A stretch of DNA of 45,923 nt, taken from IMG/VR virus record IMGVR_UViG_3300028588_000788, positions 1 through 45,923 of that record, one strand, 5' to 3'. Origin of the DNA: a virus (lineage: Duplodnaviria > Caudoviricetes). Below are positions 9,424 to 17,124 of the stretch, piece by piece (the stretch's first letter is position 1; each line of letters begins with the position of its first letter). Below the pieces are notes generated by a model that saw only the letters and a program-made list of their open reading frames with translations, was not told where the DNA came from and made no database searches. Both the position numbers and the translations under genes were made by a program.

Positions 9424-9615
9424 ATGACCAAACTGAATGTGCCGTACGCGGAAAAAGACGAGGCGCGTCGCCTGGGCGCCAGGTGGGATGGGGAGCGGAA
9501 GACCTGGTACGTGCCAGCTGGCGTGATGCTCACGACGTTCGAGCGCTGGCTGCCGAAGTTCGACATGAAGGTGCCGCGTGGCGCGCGCAAGCCAAGGAAG
9601 CGCCGCTCGAAGTAG
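9424..9615 (+). CDS. DUF5710-like small protein
   Basis: LNVPYAEKDEARRLGARWD...WYVP signature; GGAGG SD. Confidence 0.85.
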   Translation: MTKLNVPYAEKDEARRLGARWDGERKTWYVPAGVMLTTFERWLPKFDMKVPRGARKPRKRRSK

Positions 9616-9710
9616 GCCCGGCCCGGCGCGACAGCAAGAGCGAGTCAGCGACCTGGGCGTAAAAACGTGGCCGAGGGCCGATTTACTCGTCCCCGCGATT
9701 CCGGGGATGA

Positions 9711-9740
9711 GCAAAAGCAAGGGCCACCCGAAGGTGGCCC
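9711..9740 (-). terminator. Rho-independent terminator
   Basis: Minus strand GGGCCACC-TTCG-GGTGGCCC followed by TTGCTTTT. Confidence 0.75.
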
Positions 9741-9825
9741 AGTAGACACTACAGTGGATTGCAATCTCCTGTCTGCAGCGGCCTCCGAAGAGGACTTAAG
9801 CCCGATGCCAAAGCAGAGCGGGTAC
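9712..9825 (-). ncRNA. Putative ~115-nt small RNA downstream of the PemK/MazF-like toxin
   Basis: Own promoter (TTGACC-N17-TATTCT), three stem-loops including a UUCG tetraloop, intrinsic terminator. Confidence 0.6.
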
Positions 9826-9831
9826 ATGCAA

Positions 9832-9860
9832 AGAATACATCAAAAAAGATGTGAGGTCAA
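9832..9860 (-). promoter_or_regulatory. Sigma70 promoter embedded in the toxin 3' end
   Basis: -35 TTGACC (9860-9855), 17-bp spacer, -10 TATTCT (9837-9832). Confidence 0.7.
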
Positions 9861-10265
9861 CGGTCCAAGTCCAATTCCGTGCAACACACATTTCTGTATT
9901 GCAACAATGTCCTCTTCAGGCAAAACTCGGTTGTCGTAAAGCCTGGCGCCTGAGGTGTCCTTGCCGGCGAACGGCAATGAGAGTCGGGAAAAAGAAACGG
10001 TGTACACCATGTCAGCCTTTACCCAGTGATATGGGGCGTCATTTGGCGAAGGCAAGACCGGGTCGATAACGAGTCGATGGTGAAAGAGTTCAATCGGCCG
10101 CGGTGGCGTAGTACTGAGCGGGACAATCGTACATAAGCGTTGTCGATTACGCATACGTGGCGATATCACTACCACAGGTCGGCGCTTGTTCATCTCGGGA
10201 TCCTGACTCCCCTTGAAGTCGCAAATCAGGACGGAGCCTTGCTCGGGGTTGAAATGAAGGGTCAA
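9840..10265 (-). CDS. PemK/MazF-family endoribonuclease (orphan toxin)
   Basis: G..LICDF....PEM.KRRPVVVIS...TIVPLSTT...VSFSRL; probable TTG start at 10265 after GGAG (ORF track extends to 10307); lower GC than flanks. Confidence 0.88.
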   Translation of the reverse strand: MTLHFNPEQGSVLICDFKGSQDPEMNKRRPVVVISPRMRNRQRLCTIVPLSTTPPRPIELFHHRLVIDPVLPSPNDAPYHWVKADMVYTVSFSRLSLPFAGKDTSGARLYDNRVLPEEDIVAIQKCVLHGIGLGPLTSHLF

Positions 10266-10340
10266 TCGGGTCTCCATCTGGAAGTGCCAAGGTCGACCAC
10301 AAATCATACGCTGTCAAATTGGCAAAAGACTCTCCAATTA

Positions 10341-10709
10341 TCACTGCGATGCCGCTTGCTTGGCCGCTGGCTCGAACTCCGAACACACGTCATACCAGTG
10401 CGAATCCATCTTCCATGAGTCGTCACCATCACCGTCCAGCATCACACGGTCGGGCTCGACGATGTAGCGCCTGAAGCCGCCATAGCCGCCATAGCTGTTC
10501 TTGGCGTTCACGAAGCCGCAGACGGCGCCGTCGCGCGCAACGAACTCGTTGCGAAACTTGGCGGAATCCGGGTCCTTCAGCGCGTCCTTGACCCGCTCGT
10601 GCGCGGCTGCGACTGGGTCCGGCTTCGCGGCTGCCTTCAGCTTCGCTTTTGGCGCAGACTGTGCCGCGCACGCGACAGCCATTAGGATAATGATCAGCGC
10701 TCTTTTCAT
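10341..10709 (-). CDS. Exported/periplasmic moron protein
   Basis: Signal peptide MKRALIIILMAVACAAQS; LKDPDSAKF..VCG.VNAKNSYGGY.G motif. Confidence 0.8.
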   Translation of the reverse strand: MKRALIIILMAVACAAQSAPKAKLKAAAKPDPVAAAHERVKDALKDPDSAKFRNEFVARDGAVCGFVNAKNSYGGYGGFRRYIVEPDRVMLDGDGDDSWKMDSHWYDVCSEFEPAAKQAASQ

Positions 10710-10874
10710 GATGCGTACCCCTGGTGACGGCATCTAAGCGTGCCGTATCGCTCGCGCGAGTATAGCGCTGAAGCATTGCAAAAAGCTCACCAATTCCCAC
10801 ATCCCAGAACCGCACGGAAATATTTTATTGGACATGGCACTTTGTCAGTAAAGTGCGCTAAACTTTGACCCATA

Positions 10875-10890
10875 CTGTATGGATGTACAG
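10875..10890. promoter_or_regulatory. LexA (SOS) box
   Basis: ta-CTGT-ATGGATGT-ACAG-tt matches CTGT-N8-ACAG; TTGACC at 10865-10870 just upstream. Confidence 0.85.
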
Positions 10891-10989
10891 TTGTTCAAGA
10901 AAAACGAGACAGCCGAGCTTGGAGCCCGACAGCACCTGGGCGCCATTGGCGGCACAACACAACAGCAGGAATCTCCAGGCGGAGGAACA

Positions 10990-11190
10990 GTGGGACAGCA
11001 ATACGTAGAACAGCCGGGCCGACGTGCCGCGGCTCTTGAAGCTTTCGATAGCATGAGCGACGACGCTCAAATCGATGCGCTTGCTATGCTGCAGGCGATT
11101 GCAGAATGTTCCCCAAGGCGAGCGTCAGCGGGACTGCGCCTTGTCGCGAGTGCTGGTGATGGCGGCAGACTTGGGAAGCCCGCGCGCTGA
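10990..11190 (+). CDS. Putative SOS-inducible antirepressor (66 aa)
   Basis: GGAGG SD and GTG at 10990, downstream of the SOS box, convergent with and overlapping the cI 3' end. Confidence 0.55.
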   Translation: MGQQYVEQPGRRAAALEAFDSMSDDAQIDALAMLQAIAECSPRRASAGLRLVASAGDGGRLGKPAR

Positions 11191-11601
11191 CGACAATAAA
11201 CGATTTTTCTGCGGCTCAGTACACGCTCGGAACTCACTCAATAGCTCTGCTTCCCGATCTGTAACCCATTGAAGAGTTGTCGTCGGAGTCTGCTTTACGA
11301 TGTGGACTTGAGCACTTCCATTCAGGCCGCCTTGATTGGCTAAGTCGTCCAGCTCGGACTGACCAAAAGATGTCCTAAGAGACGGCGGCAGCAAGTGCCC
11401 CGTGACCCTCGCAATCGCCAGTAGTTGTTGGATGCTGGGCTGGTGCTTCCCTGTTTCCCAATGGGAGACATTCGCTTTGGTATGGCCCCGCTCGCCACCA
11501 AGATCAAGCGCAAGTTTTGCCCCCAGCTCTCCTTGCGAGAGCCCGGCAGACTTGCGCGCTTCCCGCGCCCAAGCGGCGATTAACTGTTTCAAATCTTCCA
11601 T
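11125..11601 (-). CDS. CI-like XRE HTH repressor lacking an S24 autoprotease domain
   Basis: AREARKSAGLSQGELG...NVSHWETGKHQP; divergent from cro; only 158 aa. Confidence 0.88.
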   Translation of the reverse strand: MEDLKQLIAAWAREARKSAGLSQGELGAKLALDLGGERGHTKANVSHWETGKHQPSIQQLLAIARVTGHLLPPSLRTSFGQSELDDLANQGGLNGSAQVHIVKQTPTTTLQWVTDREAELLSEFRACTEPQKNRLLSSARGLPKSAAITSTRDKAQSR

Positions 11602-11611
11602 CGCCCGAATC

Positions 11612-11677
11612 GTATAGTAAATCTAAACCCACTTGGTATAGAAATGCTTGACTTTGAATGTATAGGAAAACTATACT
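11612..11677. promoter_or_regulatory. Right operators OR (three 17-bp sites) and pR
   Basis: GTATAG-TAAAT-CTAAAC (11612), GTATAG-AAATG-CTTGAC (11636), GTATAG-GAAAA-CTATAC (11660); TTGACT-N18-TATACT promoter (11648-11677). Confidence 0.88.
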
Positions 11678-11708
11678 TAGGCATCAACACACCATCTTCA
11701 TAAAAAAC

Positions 11709-11948
11709 ATGACTCCAAACGAAGCGCTAGATCAAGCCGCAGCAGAGCTTGGGTCGATGCAGGCCTTGGGCGAAAGCCTTGGGGTAACGAAGGGGGCGGT
11801 CGGGCAGTGGAAGCTCGGCGGGCGCCGCGTGCCTGCTGAGCACTGCCCAGCCATCGAGCGCTTGACCGGAGGCAAGGTTCGCTGCGAGTCGCTGCGGCCC
11901 GACGTCGACTGGGCGTACATCCGGGAGCACTCGCCGCCCAGCAGCTGA
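11709..11948 (+). CDS. cro: Cro/YdaS-family regulator
   Basis: GSMQALGESLGVTKGAVGQW...VPAEHCPAIERLTGGKV..ESLRPDVDW. Confidence 0.9.
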   Translation: MTPNEALDQAAAELGSMQALGESLGVTKGAVGQWKLGGRRVPAEHCPAIERLTGGKVRCESLRPDVDWAYIREHSPPSS

Positions 11949-12123
11949 GCGGCACGGCGCTGGCCGCAGTAGATCGTAACCATTCCGGCCGCACCGGCAT
12001 ACAGCGGCACGGCAACCAGATCAAGGTTCATCAGTACGAATGCTTGGGAGACGGGCATTTTTTAGGCCTCGAATGTTGTCGAAATTCAGTGTTCCCAGAA
12101 TAAGTGAATAAAAGGAAACAGTC

Positions 12124-12702
12124 ATGAATATGAATACTCATGCAAGTAGCGTCGCCGGAATTCTTCGTACCGAGATCGAGGCATGGCGCCGCGCCGTCAA
12201 TGCCAGCCGCGAAGCGGTCGCCATTGAAGTCATGACGGCGCACCAGGCGCTGGGCGGCGAGGCTGCGACCGGCGTCGACTTCACCTTTTCGGGCGACACC
12301 TACACCCAGGCCAAGAAAGCCGCGCAGAAGCTCTTCCGCTGGCTGGACGGTGGCTGCCCGCTGCCGGCCGACATCGTGCCAAGCATCCTGGCCGCGCTGC
12401 CGCTGGACGTGAAGCTGCACTGCCTGAACCAGATGTACCGCCCGCTGGGCGTCGAGTCGCACAGCATGGCCCCGGTGACGCCGGCACGCTTCGACGGCAT
12501 GCGCCACCTGCAGGAAATGATCAAGGAGGGCGCCGAGGCCAAGGCCGCCCTGGTGACCGCCGCCACCCAGCCAACGCCCGACACCCTGCGTAACGCGATC
12601 AAGGAGGTCGGCGAATCGATCGAGGCGGATACCGCGGCAAAGCGTTCGCTCGAAGCGGCGCTGGCGCAGGTGGAGCAGGGCACTGAACCGGTTTCGAAGT
12701 GA
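12124..12702 (+). CDS. CII-like regulatory protein
   Basis: Position after cro; helical; KLFRWLD...ILAALP...KEGAEA pattern. Confidence 0.55.
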   Translation: MNMNTHASSVAGILRTEIEAWRRAVNASREAVAIEVMTAHQALGGEAATGVDFTFSGDTYTQAKKAAQKLFRWLDGGCPLPADIVPSILAALPLDVKLHCLNQMYRPLGVESHSMAPVTPARFDGMRHLQEMIKEGAEAKAALVTAATQPTPDTLRNAIKEVGESIEADTAAKRSLEAALAQVEQGTEPVSK

Positions 12703-12761
12703 GCAGCAGCCCAGGCGGCGGGAATGTCGCCACCAATACCAACACCACCAGGGAGAGAGCA

Positions 12762-13064
12762 ATGACCGCAGCAGCTGCAGCAACGGCCGGCCAGGCCGAA
12801 GAGTTCAACCCGGATCCCGGCGCGCTGCTGGATCACCTGCACAAGCACCTGAACCTCAAGAACGACGCGGCCCTGGCGCGCCTACTGGAAGTCCAGCCGC
12901 CGGTGGTGAGCAGGCTGCGTCACGGCCGGCTGCCGGTGGGTCCGACGATGCTGATCAAGATGCACGAGGTGAGCGACATCGAGATCCGGGAGCTGCGCCG
13001 CCTGATGGGTGACCGGCGCAAGCATTTCCGCATGCCGGAAAAAGCCGAAGCGGCGGAAGCGTAG
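12762..13064 (+). CDS. Small HTH DNA-binding protein
   Basis: LKNDAALARLLEVQPPVVSRLRHG. Confidence 0.75.
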   Translation: MTAAAAATAGQAEEFNPDPGALLDHLHKHLNLKNDAALARLLEVQPPVVSRLRHGRLPVGPTMLIKMHEVSDIEIRELRRLMGDRRKHFRMPEKAEAAEA

Positions 13065-13137
13065 ACCGCTCCCCACCAATACCACGATAACCCGGCGCGC
13101 GTCCTTGAATCTGCGCGCCGTCATGAAAGGAGGGCAC

Positions 13138-13467
13138 TTGAATCAAACGAGCAAACCGATGAAGCCGACGGCGGCCGAGCGCAACGAGAAGGTGCGCCAG
13201 GTGCTGCTCGCAGCCGGCACGCCGCTCGGCCCGGGCGAGATCGCGGCAAAGATCGGCGAGGAGTGGTGCAGCTGGAACGGCTTCGGTCGCGGCTCGGCAG
13301 TTGTCCCGGCGCTGACCCAGATCGGCGCCAAGCGCAGCAAGGGCAAGTGGTCGCTGCCGGCCGGTGAGCCTGGGTGCATCGGCGACCTGGGCCTGACGCC
13401 GCCGAGCGTGATGAGCGTTGCGCGCTGGGAGCGCCTGAAGGCAGAAATGGCAGTACCGCAGCAATGA
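13138..13467 (+). CDS. Hypothetical protein (possible winged HTH)
   Basis: TTG start after AGGAGG; followed by a terminator-like hairpin. Confidence 0.55.
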   Translation: MNQTSKPMKPTAAERNEKVRQVLLAAGTPLGPGEIAAKIGEEWCSWNGFGRGSAVVPALTQIGAKRSKGKWSLPAGEPGCIGDLGLTPPSVMSVARWERLKAEMAVPQQ

Positions 13468-13494
13468 AAAAGCCCAGCGGGAACTGGGCTTCTT
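13468..13494 (+). terminator. Terminator-like hairpin
   Basis: AGCCCAG-cgggaa-CTGGGCT-tctt. Confidence 0.55.
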
Positions 13495-13521
13495 AAAACA
13501 ACAGCAAAACTGGAGAAACGA

Positions 13522-14013
13522 ATGTTATCAGAAAAATTCACGCTGGCGTCGCACGCTGGTGAAGATCAGTCTTCGGCCGTGCTGGCAGCACGCGCCGCCC
13601 ATTGGGAAAAAGTCCGCACCGCGATCGTCACGCGCAAGGGCTGGTCGACCACGCCAGAGGATTTCGACGCCCAGATGCTGTCGAACCTGATCATCCTGAA
13701 CGACTGGCTGCGCCCGGAAGACATCGTCTACTCGGCCGACACGAAGGAGATCAAGCTCGCCGACCTGATCACGGCGGACGACATCATCGCCATCATGGCG
13801 GCGCGAGCCCGCGCACTGGTCGGCGCCGAGCTGGCGGCCAACTATCCCGATATCAGCGAATCGAACAAGGTCCTCATCAACGCTGCCCTGCGCGCATGGA
13901 TCGCCCTGTGCTGCCCGCCCGAGTTCTTCGGCGTCGAGAACATCCAGCCTCACAAGCTGACCGATATGGACCTGAATGCGGCCGCACGCGCCGTGATCGG
14001 CGGTGAGCAATGA
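13522..14013 (+). CDS. Hypothetical protein
   Basis: GGAG SD; overlaps the next gene. Confidence 0.7.
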   Translation: MLSEKFTLASHAGEDQSSAVLAARAAHWEKVRTAIVTRKGWSTTPEDFDAQMLSNLIILNDWLRPEDIVYSADTKEIKLADLITADDIIAIMAARARALVGAELAANYPDISESNKVLINAALRAWIALCCPPEFFGVENIQPHKLTDMDLNAAARAVIGGEQ

Positions 14014-14738
14014 GCAAGCACGCCAACCTGCGCTTGACGGCCAAGCTGCTGCCGATCATCGCGCCGTTCATCGCCAAGAACGACATCCGCTACTACCTGA
14101 ACGCCATCAACGTCCGGCCGCACAAGGACGGAGGCGCTGTGATTTGCGCGACCAACGGCCATGCTCTGGGCGCGATCCACGATCGCCACGCCGTGTGCGA
14201 CGAAGAGGTGACGCTGCGCTTCGATCTGCGAATGCAGCAGGCATGCGCCGCCGGCGTGCAAAACGAGCGCGAGGTCGTGATGCTCGGCGACCGCCTGGCG
14301 GTTGTGGAGAAGGGCGGCGCCGAGGTCTACATCCAGGCTGGCCGGCCCGATGTCGAGTGCCAGTACCCGCGGTATGAGCGCGTGATCCCCAAGGCGGAGA
14401 CGCTGCAGCCTGGGCTGGTCGGCATGTTCGGCGCACCGCTGATCGCCCTCGCTGAGAAAGCCGCCATCATCGCCGGAAAGGTTGGGGAGAAGTCGCGCGG
14501 CTACAGCGGAATGCAATTCTTCAGCGTGAAGGGTGCTTCCGATGCAAGCGTCGTGTTCCGCGTGCCTGCAGCGCCTGAATTTGTGGGTGTTTTGATGCCG
14601 ATGCGTGACGACTGGCATCTGCCCGCGGCGCCCGCCTGGGTCAACAGCTTGCCGGCGGTGGACGACTTGGCGAGCATGGGGCGCCCTGCAGCGGCAGCCG
14701 CGGCCGCGCCAGCAGAAAGCGCCGAGGTCCCAGCATGA
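14010..14738 (+). CDS. Truncated beta sliding clamp (DnaN)-like protein
   Basis: DIRYYLNAI, ATNGHAL, YPRYERVIP and GVLMPMR correspond to DnaN domain II/III motifs. Confidence 0.75.
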   Translation: MSKHANLRLTAKLLPIIAPFIAKNDIRYYLNAINVRPHKDGGAVICATNGHALGAIHDRHAVCDEEVTLRFDLRMQQACAAGVQNEREVVMLGDRLAVVEKGGAEVYIQAGRPDVECQYPRYERVIPKAETLQPGLVGMFGAPLIALAEKAAIIAGKVGEKSRGYSGMQFFSVKGASDASVVFRVPAAPEFVGVLMPMRDDWHLPAAPAWVNSLPAVDDLASMGRPAAAAAAAPAESAEVPA

Positions 14739-15202
14739 CTCGCCCCACCTCCAACACCAACAGCCACACCGCCGCCCGCTTGGCGAGCCTCCGCAAGCTG
14801 GTAAATGCCCTGGCATCCCGCCAGATGACGCGCAGCGAGGTCGCCAAGCTGCTGGGCATCGGCGAATCCGCTGCGCGCACGTACATCGCAGACCTGCGAG
14901 AGCACCTGACGGTCCTTCACTGCGCAGCGCCCATTACATGGCCGCTGATGCCTGGCATCTACCGGCTCACAGCGAGCGAGGAAGAGATTGCCGCCTACCT
15001 CGAAAGTATGGACGCCGCCCCTGCGCGCCCAGTTCGGCCATCGAGTGTGGAAATCGCCGCACGTGACCCGAACCGGCATTTCCACATCCTCGGGGATGAC
15101 GAACGCATCGCAGTTCGCGTCAGCCGCGCGGCGCCAGCGCGCGATCCGATGGTTGCTGCGCTCTTCGGCGCCGGCCCGGCCAGAATGGAGGCGCGGGCAT
15201 GA
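14735..15202 (+). CDS. HTH domain protein
   Basis: MTRSEVAKLLGIGESAARTYIADL. Confidence 0.7.
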   Translation: MTRPTSNTNSHTAARLASLRKLVNALASRQMTRSEVAKLLGIGESAARTYIADLREHLTVLHCAAPITWPLMPGIYRLTASEEEIAAYLESMDAAPARPVRPSSVEIAARDPNRHFHILGDDERIAVRVSRAAPARDPMVAALFGAGPARMEARA

Positions 15203-15957
15203 ACGGTCGAATCGTTTGCCAGTTCAGCTGCGGCGCAGCCTCTGCGGTTGTCACCAAGCTCGCGCTTGCGCAGTACGGCGCGACCCACGATGTCCAGATC
15301 ATCAACGCCTTCATCAAGCAGGAGCACGAGGACAATCGCCGCTTCCTGGCTGACTGCGAAAAGTGGTTCGGGCGCCCGATCACCGTGCTGCGAGACGAGA
15401 AGTACGGCGCATCAACGGTCGAGGTGTTCAAGCGCAGGCAGTTCATGAAGGGCCCGAACGGCGCGCCTTGCACCACCCAGCTTAAGCGAAAACTGCTGGA
15501 CACCTGGAAGCAGCCGGGTGATGTGATCGTGTTCGGCTTCACGGCCGAGGAGGCGGATCGCCTCGACGACTTCCGCGAGCGCAACCCCGATCGCCCGGTG
15601 ATCGCTCCGCTGATCGAGGCCGGCCTCGGCAAAGAGGACTGCAAGGCGATGGTCCAGCGCGCCGGGATCGAACTGCCCTTGATGTACCTGATGGGCTACG
15701 AAAACGCGAACTGCATTGGATGCGTGAAGGGCGGCGAGGGCTACTGGCGCGCGATTCGCCAGGACTTCCCTGAGCAGTTCGAAGAGCTGGCGCGCGTGCA
15801 GGAAGAGATCGGACCAGGCGCCTACATCTTCCGCAACCGTCAGACCAACGAGCGCTACTCGCTGCGCGACATCCCGTCCGGCCCGGCGCGCCGCAACGAC
15901 AAGCTCCCGAGCTGTTCGTTTTTCTGCGAGCTGGCAGAGCAGGAGTACGCCGCATGA
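15199..15957 (+). CDS. PAPS reductase-like (PP-loop) protein
   Basis: FSCGAASAV PP-loop variant, EHEDN.RF, APCT..LKR, NCIGCVKGG, CSFFC. Confidence 0.75.
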   Translation: MNGRIVCQFSCGAASAVVTKLALAQYGATHDVQIINAFIKQEHEDNRRFLADCEKWFGRPITVLRDEKYGASTVEVFKRRQFMKGPNGAPCTTQLKRKLLDTWKQPGDVIVFGFTAEEADRLDDFRERNPDRPVIAPLIEAGLGKEDCKAMVQRAGIELPLMYLMGYENANCIGCVKGGEGYWRAIRQDFPEQFEELARVQEEIGPGAYIFRNRQTNERYSLRDIPSGPARRNDKLPSCSFFCELAEQEYAA

Positions 15958-16060
15958 CCTACATCCACCAATCCGAGACGCGCTGCACCGCCTGCGGCGC
16001 ATTACCTGGCCTGCCGCACGCCGGCGGCTGCTCGACAAAACTCAATATCCGGAGGGCCGC

Positions 16061-16486
16061 ATGACTACGCGACAACAAAGCCGCTGCGTAGCGCGCGGCA
16101 CGATCCCTTATATCGCCGGCGAGTACCTGCACAAGCACGGCCCGAAGACCAAGGAGGAGCTGTTCACCGCGGTTTCGTTCGGCGGCCAGCAATCCAAACG
16201 CCAGGGCGTGCTCGACCGCGCGATCCAGGTCGGCTGGCTGGTGGCGACCGACGACGGGAAGATCACGTGCACTACCGATGCGCGTATCTACTACGACAGC
16301 CTGCAGCCGGCGCCGGGCGACGAGCCGGCCAGGGAGCCGACGGCGCCCCAGTACCGCGGCGACTGGCGCACCGGCTCGCTGAGCGCAAAGCACATCCCGA
16401 ACCGCCGCGGCCCGCGCGCGGACGTGCCGGCCTGGTCGGTGCGCGAGGCGGTGACGATCAAGACCATCGGTGGGGGTGAGGCATGA
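16061..16486 (+). CDS. Hypothetical protein
   Basis: GGAGG SD; overlaps the next gene. Confidence 0.65.
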   Translation: MTTRQQSRCVARGTIPYIAGEYLHKHGPKTKEELFTAVSFGGQQSKRQGVLDRAIQVGWLVATDDGKITCTTDARIYYDSLQPAPGDEPAREPTAPQYRGDWRTGSLSAKHIPNRRGPRADVPAWSVREAVTIKTIGGGEA

Positions 16487-17124
16487 AAGAGCGCCCAATC
16501 CTCTTCACCGGCCCGATGGTCCGCGCCATCCTGGGCGGCAGCAAGACGCAGACGCGGCGCATCGTCAAGCCGCAGCCGGAACTCTGGGCGCCGATCGGAG
16601 CAATCCTGAATGTGCAGGGCGGGTTTGTCGATAGCGTCGGCGCGCCGATCGCTTGTCCCTACGGACAACCCGGCGACCTCCTGTGGGTGCGCGAGACCTG
16701 GTTGGAAGACCCAGAGGACGATGGCACGTGGCACTACACCCAGTACATGGGATGCAAAGGCTCGCCGCTGTCGGACATCCCGCGCAAGTTCCAGAAGCCG
16801 GAGCACTGCATCTACCGCGAGGGCTGGGACGGCCACGACCTGGTCTGGCGCCCGAGCATCCACATGCCGCGCTGGGCCAGCCGCATCCTGCTGGAGATCG
16901 CGTCGGTGCGCGTCGAGCGGCTGCAAGGCATCAGCGAGGCGGATGCGCGCGCCGAGGGCGTGACCATCGAAGACCGGCACATGCGAGGCTACTGCGCCGG
17001 CGAGTTGCTGCCCCCGTCGATTCGCGCCTACCGAGACCTGTGGGAGAGCATCAACGGCGCCGGCAGTTGGGAGGCCAACCCATTCGTTTGGGTAGTCGAA
17101 TTCCGGAGGTCGAATGTCGGCTAA
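16483..17124 (+). CDS. ASCH/PUA-like phage protein
   Basis: MKERPILF..PMVRAIL.G.KTQTRR, WVRETW, WRPSIHMPRWASRI, NPFVWVVEF. Confidence 0.8.
   Translation: MKERPILFTGPMVRAILGGSKTQTRRIVKPQPELWAPIGAILNVQGGFVDSVGAPIACPYGQPGDLLWVRETWLEDPEDDGTWHYTQYMGCKGSPLSDIPRKFQKPEHCIYREGWDGHDLVWRPSIHMPRWASRILLEIASVRVERLQGISEADARAEGVTIEDRHMRGYCAGELLPPSIRAYRDLWESINGAGSWEANPFVWVVEFRRSNVG

Noticed and set aside
9645-9939. ORFs 9645-9827(-) and 9667-9939(+) as a protein antitoxin
   Set aside because: No SD, no AbrB/RHH/HTH features, and they run through the terminator and hairpins; a leaderless peptide from 9827 cannot be fully excluded
12731-13084. CACCAATACCA repeated at 12731 and 13074
   Set aside because: Only two short copies in A/C-rich leaders; compatible with unstructured translation-initiation regions
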